A stretch of 64,000 nt of DNA. Origin: Camelus dromedarius. Lineage: Eukaryota. Positions 12,250 to 24,961 of this stretch are shown in pieces (position 1 is the first letter of the stretch; the number at the start of each line of letters is the position of its first letter). Position numbers and translations under genes: made by a program. The notes under the pieces were generated by a model, which worked only from the letters and a program-made list of their open reading frames with translations, had not been told where the DNA came from and ran no database searches. The stretch lies in contig NC_087436.1 in NCBI RefSeq assembly GCF_036321535.1, positions 53,756,001 through 53,820,000 on the forward strand. Reading direction: 5' to 3'.

Positions 12250-12560
12250 GTGTGGTATAATGAAGGCACCTCTAGATCCGTTCTCCCCCTTTCTTCTCTG
12301 GGGTCTTTAGGGACTGTATCAATGGATTCTCTTGCCCTCTGCCTTCCAGTTGGGTTCAACCAATCAGAGGTACCAGCAGAAGAAGGGAGGAAGTCATATT
12401 TATTTGGCCAGCTCCCTTACTGTCGTGGCAACAGCCACATTCCTCTACCAAAGGTCATCGCCTCTCCAACCACAGCTCTTAAGTTCCAGTGACCATTCCC
12501 TCCCTTCACCCTTCCTCGTCCAGGTCAGCAATGGCTTCCTGCCTAAGTTAACCCGATCCG
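12250..12560. mobile_element. Old ERVL LTR remnant (LTR33-like)
   Basis: cttgccctctgccttccagttgggttcaaccaat motif recalled from LTR33. Confidence 0.45.
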
Positions 12561-12814
12561 CACCCTGTCTGATACAGAAGATAGAGGTTTAGATAAACTC
12601 TGAAGTTTTTTTAAATTCTAAAACAGGTAGCATCTCCTTTTTATATGTCCTAGAAAAATCTTTTCCTTTTTGAAAGGAGATGGTTGTGATGTTTAGTTGA
12701 TAAAATGTACTCTCATAGGAGCCAGTGTATGTAAATGAGAGGATACTGGACCGGGGGTCAGGAGATCAGCACTACTAAATACCAAGCAGGATACAACTTT
12801 CTTTCTCTTTAAAA

Positions 12815-13700
12815 AAAAAATGTGGTAAAACACACATAACATAAAAATCACCATCTTAACTTTTTGTTGTTGTTGATTTTGTTTTTTCTTGGGGGGGTGG
12901 ATAATTTGGTTTGTTTGTTTATGTAATGGAAGTACTGGGGATTGAACCCAGGACCTCTTGCATGCTAAGCATGCACTCTACCACTGAGCTATACCCTGCC
13001 CCCCACCATCTTAACTGTTTTTAAGTGTATAGTTCAGTGGCATTAAGTACGTTCACATTGTTGTGCTATCATCACTACCGTCCGTTCACAGAACACTTTT
13101 CATCTTGCAAAACTGAAACTCTGTGACCATTAAACAATTACTTCCCATTTTCCCTCCCCACAGCTCCGGGGAATGATTGTTCTACTTTCTGTCTCTTTGA
13201 ATTTGACAATTCTGGGTCCCTCATGTAAGTGGACTCACACAGTATTTGTCTTTTTGTGACTGATTTATTCCACTTAGCATAATATCCTCAGAGTTCATTC
13301 ATGTTGAGCAGAATTTCCTTACTTTTAGAGGCTGAATTATATTCCATTTTACATACACACCACATTTTGTTTATCCATTCATCTTCTATGGACACTTGGG
13401 TTGCTTCCACTTTTTGGCTACTGCAAGTAATAAGGCTATGAACGCGGGTAGCCAAATATCATTGTTAAGTCCCTCCGTTCAATACTTTTGGATATATTCC
13501 CAGAAGTGCAGTTGCTGGATCATATGGTAATTCTGCTTTTAATTTTTCAAGGAACCACCCATCCTGTTTTCCACAGTGGCTGCGCCATTTTACACTCTCA
13601 TCAGCCATGCACAAGAGTTCTGATTTCTCCACATCCTCACAAACACTTGTTATTTTCTGGTTTTGGTTTTGGGTGTTTTAAATAATAACCATCCTATAGG
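12815..13700 (-). mobile_element. L1MB-like 3' end, interrupted by a SINE
   Basis: tttaagtgtatagttcagtggcattaagtacgttcacattgttgtg...ttgggttgcttccactttttggcta L1M 3'UTR. Confidence 0.8.
12862..13003 (-). mobile_element. tRNA-Ala-derived SINE (Vic-1-like, camelid)
   Basis: gtactggggattgaacccaggacc...catgctaagcatgcactctaccactgagcta; 13-bp TSD caccatcttaact (12849-12861 / 13004-13016). Confidence 0.88.
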
Positions 13701-14549
13701 TATACAACTTTGAGCCAATATTCATCCATTCACTGTGTCAGGTATGGTGAATGCAACAAATAGACCCTGCTCTAAAGGAGCTTATAATTCTAGGGGGAAC
13801 AGCAGACAAAAACAAACAAATGAAATAAAATACTTACAAATCTTGATAAATGCTGTGAAGGAAACACAGAGATGAGACAGATAATGATGGAGACATAAAA
13901 AATAATATTTTATGAAGAAGTAACATTTAAACAAGAGATATGAAAGAGCTAGCTAAGTGGAAAGGAAGAATATAGAAAAGAGCAAGCCAGGCAGGGGTGC
14001 AAAGTCCTCAAGGCTAGAAAGAACTTGGGGTGTTCAAGTTGGGGATGTGACGGGATGGTGGAGCAGGAGGACGCAGACATGGAGAGAAAGGTGGGGCCTT
14101 GTGGTTCAAATCTGGGATTTTATTCAGCGTTCAGTAGGAGGCCACTGAGGTTTTCTGTGGGAGAATCACATGCTCTGAGCTTTGCACTGAACACTGCCCT
14201 TCCAAGCGTCCGGGCACTGGGTGCCTTCCCCGGAGCCCTTGCGGCCACTGGGCTGTGGGTCTCGGGCTCCTGGAAGCCATGTTGTGCAGGGTCAGAGCGC
14301 ATGCTCCATGGTCAGGTGTACTTGGATTCAAATCCCATTTCTACCGCCTACTGGCCGTGTGACTTTAAGAAGGTTACTTAAACCCTCAGAGCCTCAGTTT
14401 CTTCATCAAGGAAATTGGAAAAGTGGTACTTTCCTCATAAAATTGTTTAAGGATTAAGTGAGAAAATATGTGTGAATCCCCTAACACAGTGCCCAGCACA
14501 CATTAAATGCTAATAACATTAGCTGTAATAATTATTATAATCTTTCATT

Positions 14550-15340
14550 CAACAAGCCTTTATTGAGAGCCTATTATATCCCTGGCTCTGAGCTAGGTGA
14601 GAGGGATGAAAAAACGAGACCATCCAAGTAGCAGCAGCAACACATCTAATTAGAACACGGAATGCTGAGTGCAATGAGAGACGTGTGGATAGGATATTAT
14701 AAATGTACGGAGAAGGTGCACTCAGCCTAGACTGGGGACGAAGAGAGAGAGGAGTTCCCCAGAGCAAGTGATACTGAGCCATGTTTTAAAGGATGAGTTG
14801 AGTTGGGTGAAGGGCAGCTAGGCACGAGTGAAAGCAGGGAGACAAGAAGCAGCATAGGATGCAAGAAGGGAGCTCGCTGCAACTCAGGGGCTGCCAGGAC
14901 AGTAAGTGTTGGGATATGTGGCTCAGGAAAGCCAGATGGGGGCCAGATCATAGAGGTCCTTGTATAATGGGTGGAGGAACTTGGAGTTTACCCTGTAGGC
15001 AGTAGTTTACCCATTGCAGGATTTCTAGCAGAGGAATGCCCTGTCCAGATTTGAGTTTTAGATAGTTCATTCTTGGCATGTACAGAAAATGGATGTAATT
15101 GGGAAAAGAATGAAAGCAAGGAGAACAGGTAGGAGGCAACTGCAGTAAACCAGGCAAGGAGACAGTGTGAGACTGAATAAGGTCATTGGACGTAAGGATG
15201 GAGAAGATGAGGCAGATTTTTCAAATTTATCTGAAAGACTAAATTGGCAGGACATGGTGAATTACCAGATGTGGAAGTGGTAAGGGGTGGAGAGAGTCCA
15301 GGATGACTAGAAGCTATAAACTTGGATGTCTGAGTGGGTG
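14550..15340 (-). mobile_element. LINE-2 remnant
   Basis: ttcattcaacaag.ctttattgag L2 3' end and gggccagatcatagagg...aattggcaggacatggtga motifs. Confidence 0.65.
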
Positions 15341-15367
15341 GCAGGCACAGAAACCAGGGGGAGAGCC

Positions 15368-15798
15368 TGTAGTGGATACTACAAGGCGGTGCACGGTCTT
15401 CAAGGTGGACGCCGTCACTTCCCCAGCCTCCAGGGTGATAGCCGCGGAGGGCTCACAGTGCAGTCCTCTCTGGCCCAAGGGAGCTACTTTGCTCAAGGGT
15501 GTGCTCCCTTGTCAGGGGAAGCCCATATTCAATAACTGGTTGACACAGAGACACAAAAACCAGGTCTCCTTTTCTCTATTCTGGAAAACTTTGAAGGGCC
15601 AGTCCAGCTGCAGTGCAGAGCTCTCCAAAGACCAGCTGAGGCCTGTGTTGTGTCTGCATCACACTTCAGCTCCTCCTGGTGCCTGGTCCTGCTTCCCTCA
15701 CTGGCTTCAGGTACTGCCCCCTGCAGCACTCCCCAGGAACTCTCCTGCACACAGACACCTGTCTCAGAGTCCGTCTCTCAGGGGACCTGACCTTAGAC
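15368..15798 (+). mobile_element. LTR16-like ERVL LTR inside L2
   Basis: tgtagtggata ... tctcagagtccgtctctcaggggacctgaccttagaca termini typical of LTR16. Confidence 0.6.
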
Positions 15799-16489
15799 AG
15801 AGCGGGTGATACTCAGTTTTGAATGAGGTGAGCTTGGTATGTCTATAAGACATGCAGGCAGAGATGCCTAGCCTGCTTTGGACAGCCCAAACTTCCATAT
15901 AATGCTACAACCTGGATGAAGATTTGATTTATATCAGCACATTGGTGGCACTGCTCTATAATCCCTTACTTGCAATTTCTAAATCCAAAAAAAAGTCTAA
16001 GAAGCAAAAGTCTTTTAAAAATTCATTTGCTGCTTGCAAAACCTGACGTAATCGGAGCATTTTTTACATGAAGACATAACCAGAAGGTACATGAAAACTA
16101 TTTCTAGCCCCTTTACAAACCCTACTTAGTGTGACTATTTCTGTGTTTTTTGCTACAGAAATACTCTTGTATTTGATTAAAAGGTGTTCTACTGAGACCA
16201 GCATGTAATTTTCAGTGTGCATTCCAAATAACCTTTCCAAAATCTGAAAAATTCTGCATTCTAAAGCCACCACCTAGCCCCAGGGCTTCAGATAAAGCAC
16301 TGTAGACTTGGAATTTGGAACGTGAAAGAAGATCATCTAGGGAGGAAGTGTAGATAAAAAGCAAGCAATAGACGGGCAACAGCAGCTCTGTGGGCTAGCC
16401 AGAGGAAGTGTGGCCGACAGAGAGAGAGAAGAAATGTTCACAAGGTATGGTTAGTTGGAGAGCAGAGAGTCACGAAGGCTGAGAGAACA

Positions 16490-17017
16490 TGTTATCGAAC
16501 AAAAGTTCTTGTGCCTGGAATATGGGAGTTTGGAGCAGAGAAAGGTTTATTGCAGGGCCCAGCAAGGAGGATGGGCGGCTCCTACTTGGAAAACCTGAAC
16601 TTGCCATTGGTTTTGAGGGGAAAGTTTTTATAGGCAAAATCTGGGGGGAGGGCAGCAGGGTGTGTGACATTCTACTGATTGGTTGGTGGTGAGGTAACAG
16701 GGCGGTGTTCCAGGAATTTTGTGCTCATCCTGAAGTTACCATCCTTCACCTGGGTGGGGGCCTTAGTTCCTGCAGAAGAACTCAGAGATAATGTTATGTA
16801 TTTTCCTTGAGGAGTAACCAGGACCCTGCCCCAAGGCTGCACTGTTGTTTCTTGACTGTTCCTCCCTTGTCTCTGCATTCCCTCCCTTCCCAGATTAATA
16901 ACTGTTTGAATCTACCCTTTGGAGCTCAGGGAAGGTCAGGGAGGCTGAATGATGCCTATGCCCTACTAAGAAGAAATGGAGCACACAGGGAGGACCCCAC
17001 AGGGTTCTGCTGTTTCA
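16490..17017 (-). mobile_element. Solo ERV1-class LTR (528 bp)
   Basis: TG...CA termini, perfect 4-bp TSD aaca (16486-16489 / 17018-17021), TTTATT and ttttatagg as - strand polyA and TATA signals; shares a block with the LTR at 7007-8344. Confidence 0.88.
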
Positions 17018-17700
17018 AACAGAGAGCTTTAAGAAAGAGGAGTGACATCACATGCAGTGACTTCACGTGCAGCAGGGGTCTAAGAGCCAGGAATTAAGAC
17101 TTGCCCTCCAGACTTGGCAATTGGTGCTTAATTGAAAACCATAGTGAGCACAGCTTCAGAACAGTGATGGGGGCAGTGGCTCACAGGCAGTGGATTGTGA
17201 AATGAATGGATAGTGAGGAGAGAGAGAACACAGTTGCTGATGGGTAAGGACAGGTTATTTTAGCCTGAAGAAAGCCTTGGGCATGTTTATAGGGAGGTGG
17301 GGAGGAGACAAGAGTGAGGGAGAGTTGGATGATAAAGGAGAGGGAGGAGAACTAATGGGACAAGATCTAGGAGGAGGCAGGGAGAATGCAGGTGGTGTTG
17401 GGGTGGGCATTCATTTAAATAAAGGGGGGATGGGGTTGGTCTAGAACTGAAGGAGGGACCTCTCACCTTCTGAGATTGGAAGAAAAGGAATGAGAGAGGG
17501 ATTAGATGTAGAAAAATGGGTCTGTAGAAAGGGATAACAAGGTTGATCATCTCTGATGACTTCTATTTCTCATTGAAACAGACTGGAACATCTGCTGGAA
17601 GCAGAGGATACAGGCTGAAATGGGATCTTGGGGAGAGGTGAAGGTTTGATGTAAAGAGAGGGAGTAACTAAGGAAAATCAGAAAGATGAGTGATTGGTGG

Positions 17701-18143
17701 TATTAAAAAAATTCAGCTGAGTAAATTTGAATGTCTAATTGGCTTTGTTAAACAATTCACACATATCAGGCAGCATCTCATTTAGCAAAGAGATGTTCCA
17801 AGGAGTTATACGAAATGAAGGCTTTTATAGAAAGAAGGGTGGGACAAGGAAGTCATTAGCAAAAGAAACATGAAAATTCAATGGGGGAAAGTAAGAGTTC
17901 AGGGTAACGATGGCTTCTCATTGGCCAAGCTGTGGTGTTTTTCATTGGCTCAGCTTGTTGCTGGGCAAGAAGGAAATCTTCCTGCCTTCTGAGGTAGTAA
18001 AGTAGAGACACTTTCCTGTTGGAGATGCAAGGTGCTTCTCTTCCGGTTTGGGGTAATTGATGACGTGTGGCAGGGCATGAGAACTCCTCTACAGGCCTTC
18101 CTGACTCCAATTTTAGTTGTGGTTTCCTTCATTAATTTTCACA
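17701..18143 (-). mobile_element. Older solo LTR, family not identified
   Basis: Ends ttaattttcaca; cttttatag (TATA on - strand) and two attgg boxes; approximate TSD gtgg/gttg. Confidence 0.55.
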
Positions 18144-18714
18144 GTTGTCTAAAGTTAGAGAGCATGGACAGGCATTAATGGACACATTGGTATTTGGCGT
18201 GATTTTTTTTGCCCCCAAGTCCTCAGCTTTATGCACAGAGATGTTAATTAAACAAAATATCCATGTAATTATGAAAAGTTGTTACAAAGAATATTTAATG
18301 GCAAGGAAAAATGCTTAAGATACACTGCAGGAGATAGTGCTGGCACCTTCCTCAGGAGCCCTTGGCATTCATCGCTGTTCAGATCTCTGTTCCTGCAAGT
18401 CTGCCTGCTGTGATCACATGAAACTGTCTCCCTGAAGCTTTCCCCTGGCCAAGGAGCGTGCTTAGAAGTCACTGCTGGGGAAATGCCCATACGTCCCTGT
18501 GGGAATTATTGTTCCCTCCCCAAACGTCCCAGCCCTAAACAATTACTGATAGGCAGTTGGTGGTTAAATACTTCAGCTTCCTCAGTCTTCCCAGGGGACA
18601 ATTGTGAGATGTTTTCTACACTGTTTCCAAGAGTTCTTCAGCAGAACTCAGCTCCCATTGCAATACAGTGCCATTTGGATTTATTACATACCACTTATTG
18701 GCTTCTTCCTTCCT

Positions 18715-19207
18715 GCGGTGATTTTTTTTTAAGGCCCTGAATTCTTTGGCGTTTTTCCCATTAAGTTGTAGAGTCTATGTCCCCTTCCCTTGTGGGCTTG
18801 TGACAGCTTTGACTAAAAGGGTGTGGCAGAATGGACACTATCATTTCCAAGGCTAGACCACAAAAGGCCATCAGCCTTCATCTGGTTCTCTTGGGCATTC
18901 ACTCTTGGGGAAACCGATCACCAGGTAGGAAGTCTGACTCCCCTGAGGCTGCTCTAGAGAGCAGATGCTCCGGTGGACCACCCTAACTGAGCCCAGGGTC
19001 CACCGTCAGGCCCAGGCTGTGTGAGTGGACCATCTGGAACATCTAGCCCAGCAGAGAGAGCCTTCAAAGGCCTGCAGCCCCAGGGGGTATCTCTCCACTG
19101 AGCCCTTCCTAAATTCCTGACGCACAAAGTTGTACGCAAAATCGAATGGTTCCGTTGTTTTATACCGCTAAGGAGCAGCTTGTTACTTAGCAATAGTGAC
19201 TAGAACA
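18715..19207 (+). mobile_element. MLT1-like LTR inserted in an LTR16-like remnant (about 18440-19330)
   Basis: gagcccttcctaaattcctgac...ttgttacttagcaatagtgactagaaca MLT1 3' end. Confidence 0.65.
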
Positions 19208-20333
19208 TTCCCTTCCTCTGTATCTCTTCCCCGTTTTCCATCTGGTTTTCCTGGGTTTGCCTTCAAAATAAAGTACGTGCTCTTGAATCTTTATTTTAGA
19301 ATTTGTTCCTGGAGAACTCAAACCAAGAAAAATCATGTTGCAAAAGAATGATTATAATGTCACCACAACTATGAAAAAACCACAAGGGGGAAAAAAGTGT
19401 TATATATATATACAAAATATATAAAAGTGTTAACCAGGTTAATTTCTAAATATGAAGATTGAGGTTGATTTTTATTTTAAATATTCTTTTGTGTATTTTC
19501 TAAGAATTATAAACTGTGTATATATTTCTTTTTTCTTTTTAAAAAATATTTATATATTTCTTTTATCAGAAAAAAACTTTTCTAAAACATTGGAACGTGA
19601 CTAATATATTATGAAAAAATATTTCTACAAAAATCAAAATTTAACAGCTGTCATAGTTAATGTAAAATTTATGTTCTGAAATTTTTATTTATGGTAGAAC
19701 TCCTCTTTCTAGCTTAAGGGGCCCTACTTACATTTCTTGGACAGGGTGATTCTAGTATTATGGGACCCACCTTTGCCAATTGCAGCCTATTGGACCAGGG
19801 TTGCTGTGGCTGACCCTCAAAACACCAGTCCATAACCTACCCCAAATCCAGTCATTTTCTCTCTAGAATTTGACTGGGAAATGCAGTGCCTATAGTGACA
19901 GGGCCACGGAAATTAGACCTCTGAGGCCCAGTAGTGTCAGGATGGGGGCTGGCCTACAGTCAGCTGAGGCCACATACAAACTGAAGTCATATGGAGGGGC
20001 AGAAGCCTTGAGAAAGAGAGGACCTTGAACTGCCAAGTGGAGAAAGGGCAAAAGCAAAGAGAGAAATGATGACGAAAAAACTCTGTGTGTTTGTGTGTGT
20101 GTGTGGACATGTAGGGGGAGAGACAGAAAGACGGATGGGTTTCCAGTTCTTACACAGTTTGGCTACACTTCCTGTACGACAATTCCCTGAGAGTCTACCA
20201 TATCTCCTCATTATCCTTTTCACTTGACCCTTTTCGAGGGGTTTGTGTTCTTTGTAACCAGTAGAATCCGATCTAAACAAGTTCATTTCCCAAGACCAAA
20301 AAGCTAAAATAACACTAAAGCTGATATTAATAT

Positions 20334-20702
20334 TGTCTTGGTCCACTGGGGCTGCACTAACAAAAATGCTACAGACTGGTTGACTTAAATGACATGCATT
20401 TCTTACAGTTCTGGAGGCTGGGAAGCCCAGGACTAAGGTGCTGGCAAGTTGGCAAGTTTGGTGTCTGGTGAGGACTTGTTTCCTGATTCAGAGACAGCTA
20501 TCTTCTCGCTGTGTTTTCGTACGGTGGAGGGGGTGAGAGAGTTCTCTGGATCTCTTTCATTAGGGCACTAATCCCATTTATGAGGGCTCCACCCTCATGA
20601 CCCAGTCAGCTCCCGAACATCCCATCTCCTAATACCACTGCACTGCGGGTTAGGATATCAGTATTTGAACTTCGGAGGCACACAAACATCTAGCCCATAA
20701 CA
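20334..20702 (-). mobile_element. MLT1A-like MaLR LTR
   Basis: tgtcttggtcc...cccataaca; perfect 5-bp TSD aatat. Confidence 0.85.
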
Positions 20703-23272
20703 AATATTAACACTAATTGCTTAACAGAGAAGTATTAACCATATCCCTGTTTCACATATGAGACAGCTGAGACATCAGGACACTTGGCAAGGCCCGCAGT
20801 CCCATGGCTGACAAGTGCAGGGCGGGGTTCGCACATGCGCAGTCTGGCTCCAGGGCATTTAACCTCCATGCCATTCCATTTCCACGCTCCTATGATTTCG
20901 CACACTCTAGCTTGGGATGGGGGCTGAGGCCGTGGCTCTCTGTTGAGAAGCTCATTACAGGGTGCTGAGAGGTGAAGATTCAAGGCTCCCCAAACCGCAC
21001 AGCCGGTTGGGGGCCACCTTAGGATACCAAAGTGCGCAAAGCGTGGTGATTGGCAAAGACAACGTGCGTGGCATTTCACTCTTCCTCCGCATGCTTCCAC
21101 TCTTCAGTGGTGTCTGTTCATTTTCTACCATCACCTGACCACTTAAGAATATTGAGAATGAGAATTGAGAATATTGAGAATGAGAATAAGAATTGAGAAC
21201 GAGAGGAAACTACAAACCGCAAAATGCCCTAGGCTGAGAGAAAGACAAGGCAAGCTAAGTGTGGGACAGAGCTTTGTGGGCACTGCGCCATCACCCGTTG
21301 AAGATGCAGGAGCGCTTAGCTGTGCTTGCCGCCCCGGGTTCAGGGACTAGGCAGGAGGCCTCAGTGCTTTCATGAACATTCTCTCATTTTACCCTTGCCA
21401 GAACCCTGTGGAGTATCATTAAACTTATTTTAGAGATGGGGCAAATGAAGTTCAGAGAGGGTGAGTGATTTGGCAAAGGACACACAGCGAGTAATGGCAG
21501 AGCTGAGAGTCTAAATTCCATTTCCATTTCTGGATACTGTCTTTTCAGTCTGAGCTGCTCTACATTCGATTGTACCCTTCTTCTTAACTCTAAGATTACT
21601 GGCATGTGGGCTCGGGTAGCAATCTGACCCTAACAGCATTAAAACATAGGTAGTTGTTTTCAGTATGAACCTCAAATTGTGCCATGCACTGACCAATTGC
21701 CCCATCTGCTAGCATGCAAGGCCAGCATGATCAGTTTCTTACGGAAGCACAAATTTTTTGAACGTAGCTGCTGCCAGTTTTTAAATTTGTAAATTGAGAG
21801 CTGTGGCTAACCAACTCAGATGTTAGTAGGGCTTTTGTACCTGTTACTAGCCTTACAGGAAGACAGACACAGACAGACAGACAGACACACGCTCACACAC
21901 ACACCCCCCAAACAAGAAAGGACATACTAAGCTAGGAGGATGATCAACTCATATCTGATAGCACCGGTTCCGTCACTGGTTAGAATAGTTCATCTTTTTT
22001 CCAAGGTGTCCAGAACACTTTCTCTGGTTTCTAATTTTTTTTTTTTTTTTTTTTGGCAAGTAACAGAAATAGAATCTCAAAAACATGTAACATTAACGGG
22101 TGAAAATGGAAATTTCTTTCCAAGATTTATAATGAAGAGATAGATTCTCCACATAAATAATGAGCCTAGCATTTTTATGGCGTGAAATGAGGTCAGTCGT
22201 TTGTAAAAGACATGTCGTTTCATACTTCAGCAGCTCCCTGGGCCATTAAAAATGCAGCGCACGACCTCGCGTTAACGCTTGTACAGGATTGTATATCTTT
22301 TAATCCAGCCTGAAAGTCAGCCCTGAAAGCACTGCATTTAACAGGGGACATCAGTGGCTCATGAACGTTCAGGAAAAGGAGAAACCTGCTGACATGCATG
22401 TTCAGGGAAAAGAGAGAATGCAAAAAGAGACTTTCTGACTTTTTTTTTGGCAAGCAGCGACAGTGAAGGGAAAAGACAGGCCAGAGGGACAATGGGGGAG
22501 GGGAGTCCCCAGCCCCTCCCAGAATGGTTTCCACAGATCTGTGGCCCCAATCAGCTTTAAGACAGAAGAACTTCTGAGGTTCTCTGACAGGCATAGCCAG
22601 CCCCAGCCACAGAAGTACAACTTCTAAGAGCCATATTGTGGCCCCTGGGTATGGTGGCTCTCACCTTTGAACCCTCAAGACCCACAGAAGACTGAGAAGT
22701 TTCTTGGGGATGGGAAATTCCTGGGGACAGGAAGTTCAGTGTGGCGTAGTGGGGAGAGCATGACTTAGCTCCAGACAGCCTTATGTTGAAATCCCGACTG
22801 CACAACTTGCCAGCTGTTTGGTGACGGGAATGTCACCAGACTCAGCTGAGCCTCAGTGTCCTCATCCATAAAGTTCACCGGGCAGATGTTTATCCAACAT
22901 GCACCCTGGATGTTCTGGGCTGTCCCAGGTGCCGGGGATGCAGCGCTGCCCTCAGAGAGTATGCCCTCGTGATCGCAGATTCTTTCAGGACAATTTCCTT
23001 GAAGAATTGTGAGAATTTGAGCTCATGGCGGGGAGTTTCTGGAACTCTGTAGGTGGGCTTCCTAGACATCAACTCTTTTACTATGAGCAGTTGCTCTGAG
23101 GGTCATTCTTGGATCTCACTTAATGTCCAGTGTCAGAGCAGGCCCCGGGCCTTTGTGCTCAGAGGTGGAGCTTGGCTGTCTTCTGTTTCAAGAGGAGGTT
23201 ACAAACTACTCCTATAACCCTGACTGAATTGTGGGCTAATATATATGCAAATCACTTAAAACAGTGCCTGGA

Positions 23273-23429
23273 TGGATGGATGTGTATAACTGAATTGCTT
23301 TGCTGTACACCTGAAACTAACATTGTAAATTGACTACACGTCAATGAAAAATAAGAATTAAAATATAAAAATAAAAAATAAAAGACAGGTACACCCTTCC
23401 CCCTGCAAAAACAAACCAAAAACAAAACC
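23273..23429 (+). mobile_element. Short L1 3' end with two A-rich tails, inserted in a MIR
   Basis: tgtgtataactgaattgctttgctgtacacctgaaactaacattgtaaattgactac L1 end; TSD acagtgcctgga / acagtgtccgga. Confidence 0.75.
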
Positions 23430-24469
23430 ACAGTGTCCGGAATGCACAAATGCCACATAAGTGATTATCATGCTGTTGAGTCTTACTGAAAGGGAAGTCA
23501 GAGTGGTCTCTGAGGGGGTGCCACTGGAGCTGAGACCTGAAGGCTGAGGAGAAGAGGGAGGGTTGGGTGGTGTCTGATAGCAGGGCTGTCAAAGGGGTGC
23601 CACTAAGAGAAAACAATAGACTCATTTTGGTTATTGTTGTTTTGTAGAAACAATGTTGTGAATTGAGGACCTTCTTTGTGCTGGACACCATGTTGGACAT
23701 TGGAGATACAGGGATGGCTGCCTCACCCTCCCTCCCTCCAGGAGCTTACTACCCAGTAAGAGAAGAATGACAGGTGAGGAGGCAGGTGCATGAACTGAGG
23801 GCTGTACGGGCACCAGGGAAGAAGCAGTGAATTCCCTGGGGTGTGATTTAATGATGGTGTCACAGAGGAGGTAGTGGTGATGGAGGAGGTGGTGGTCGCC
23901 AAGTAGGGAAGGCAGAGGAGGACGCTCCATCTCAGGTCCAGGGATCAGTGCGGGCAAAGGCGCAGAGGTGTGACTCATTGTGGCACGTTTAAGGACCAGT
24001 GAGGATTTTCAGGGGACTGGAGCGACGAAGGGTGTGGGACAGATGCAGCTGGAGTGTGAGGCAGGCTTGGTTATCCAGGGCCTTGGAAGCCAAGCCACGA
24101 TGTTTGGATTTCATCCTGGAGAGAGTTTAGAATGAGCACTCTGGCAGCAGTGTGGAGAGATAAATTGATGGTGAGACAGGAAGCAGAGAGAAGCATTAGG
24201 AGACTGTTGCCACTGTCTAAGCAAGACATCGTGAGGGGCTGAACAAAGTAAGGGAAGGCGGAGTGAAGAAGAGGGAATGAAACCAGAGGGAGATCCTACC
24301 TGGTGACTGGAAGACCGAGGGCCGACTCCAGGGCCTCGTGGGGTGGCTCAGTGCCTGGAAGCTTATTCCACAGTGCAGGGCAGGGTCTTCGTGACCCTGG
24401 GGAGGGCTGGACAGGCACAAACCAGAGAGAATGTACACCTTCTGAAGGGCATAGCTATGCTTACTGAAT

Positions 24470-24961
24470 GAGTTCTCTGTTTCTGCATAACAAATTACCC
24501 CAAAACTTACCAACTGAGGACAGCAAGTATATATATTTTCTCAGTCTATATACATATACATTATGGGCCAGGAATCCAGGCATGGTTTTGCTGGGTCCTC
24601 TGGCCCAGGTTCTCTCATGAGACAATAGTTAATGTGTCAGCTGTGTCTGGGGGAGGACACACTTCCAAACTGATGATGTGGCTGTTGGCCGCAGGCATCA
24701 GTTCCTTGCCACGTGGGTATCTCCTTAGGGCCGCTCACAACAGCCTCCCTACAGAGCAAGCAAAGAAGAAAGAGAAAAAACAAGATGGAAGTTAGTTTTC
24801 TGTCACCTAATCTCAGGAGAGCTGGCCTACCACTGTTGCTGTGTTCTGTTCATTAGAAGTGAGCCGCTAGGTTCAGCCCACACTTGAGGGGAAGAGGTTT
24901 CACAGGGGCATGCACACCAGGAAGTGGGGTCACTGGGGACCATCTTAGAGGCTGCACTACA
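24470..24961 (-). mobile_element. MLT1-like LTR
   Basis: gcataacaaattaccccaaaactt...ggggaccatcttagaggctgcactaca. Confidence 0.7.

Noticed and set aside
21146..21205. (GAGAAT)-based short tandem duplication
   Set aside because: Simple slippage repeat with no sign of function
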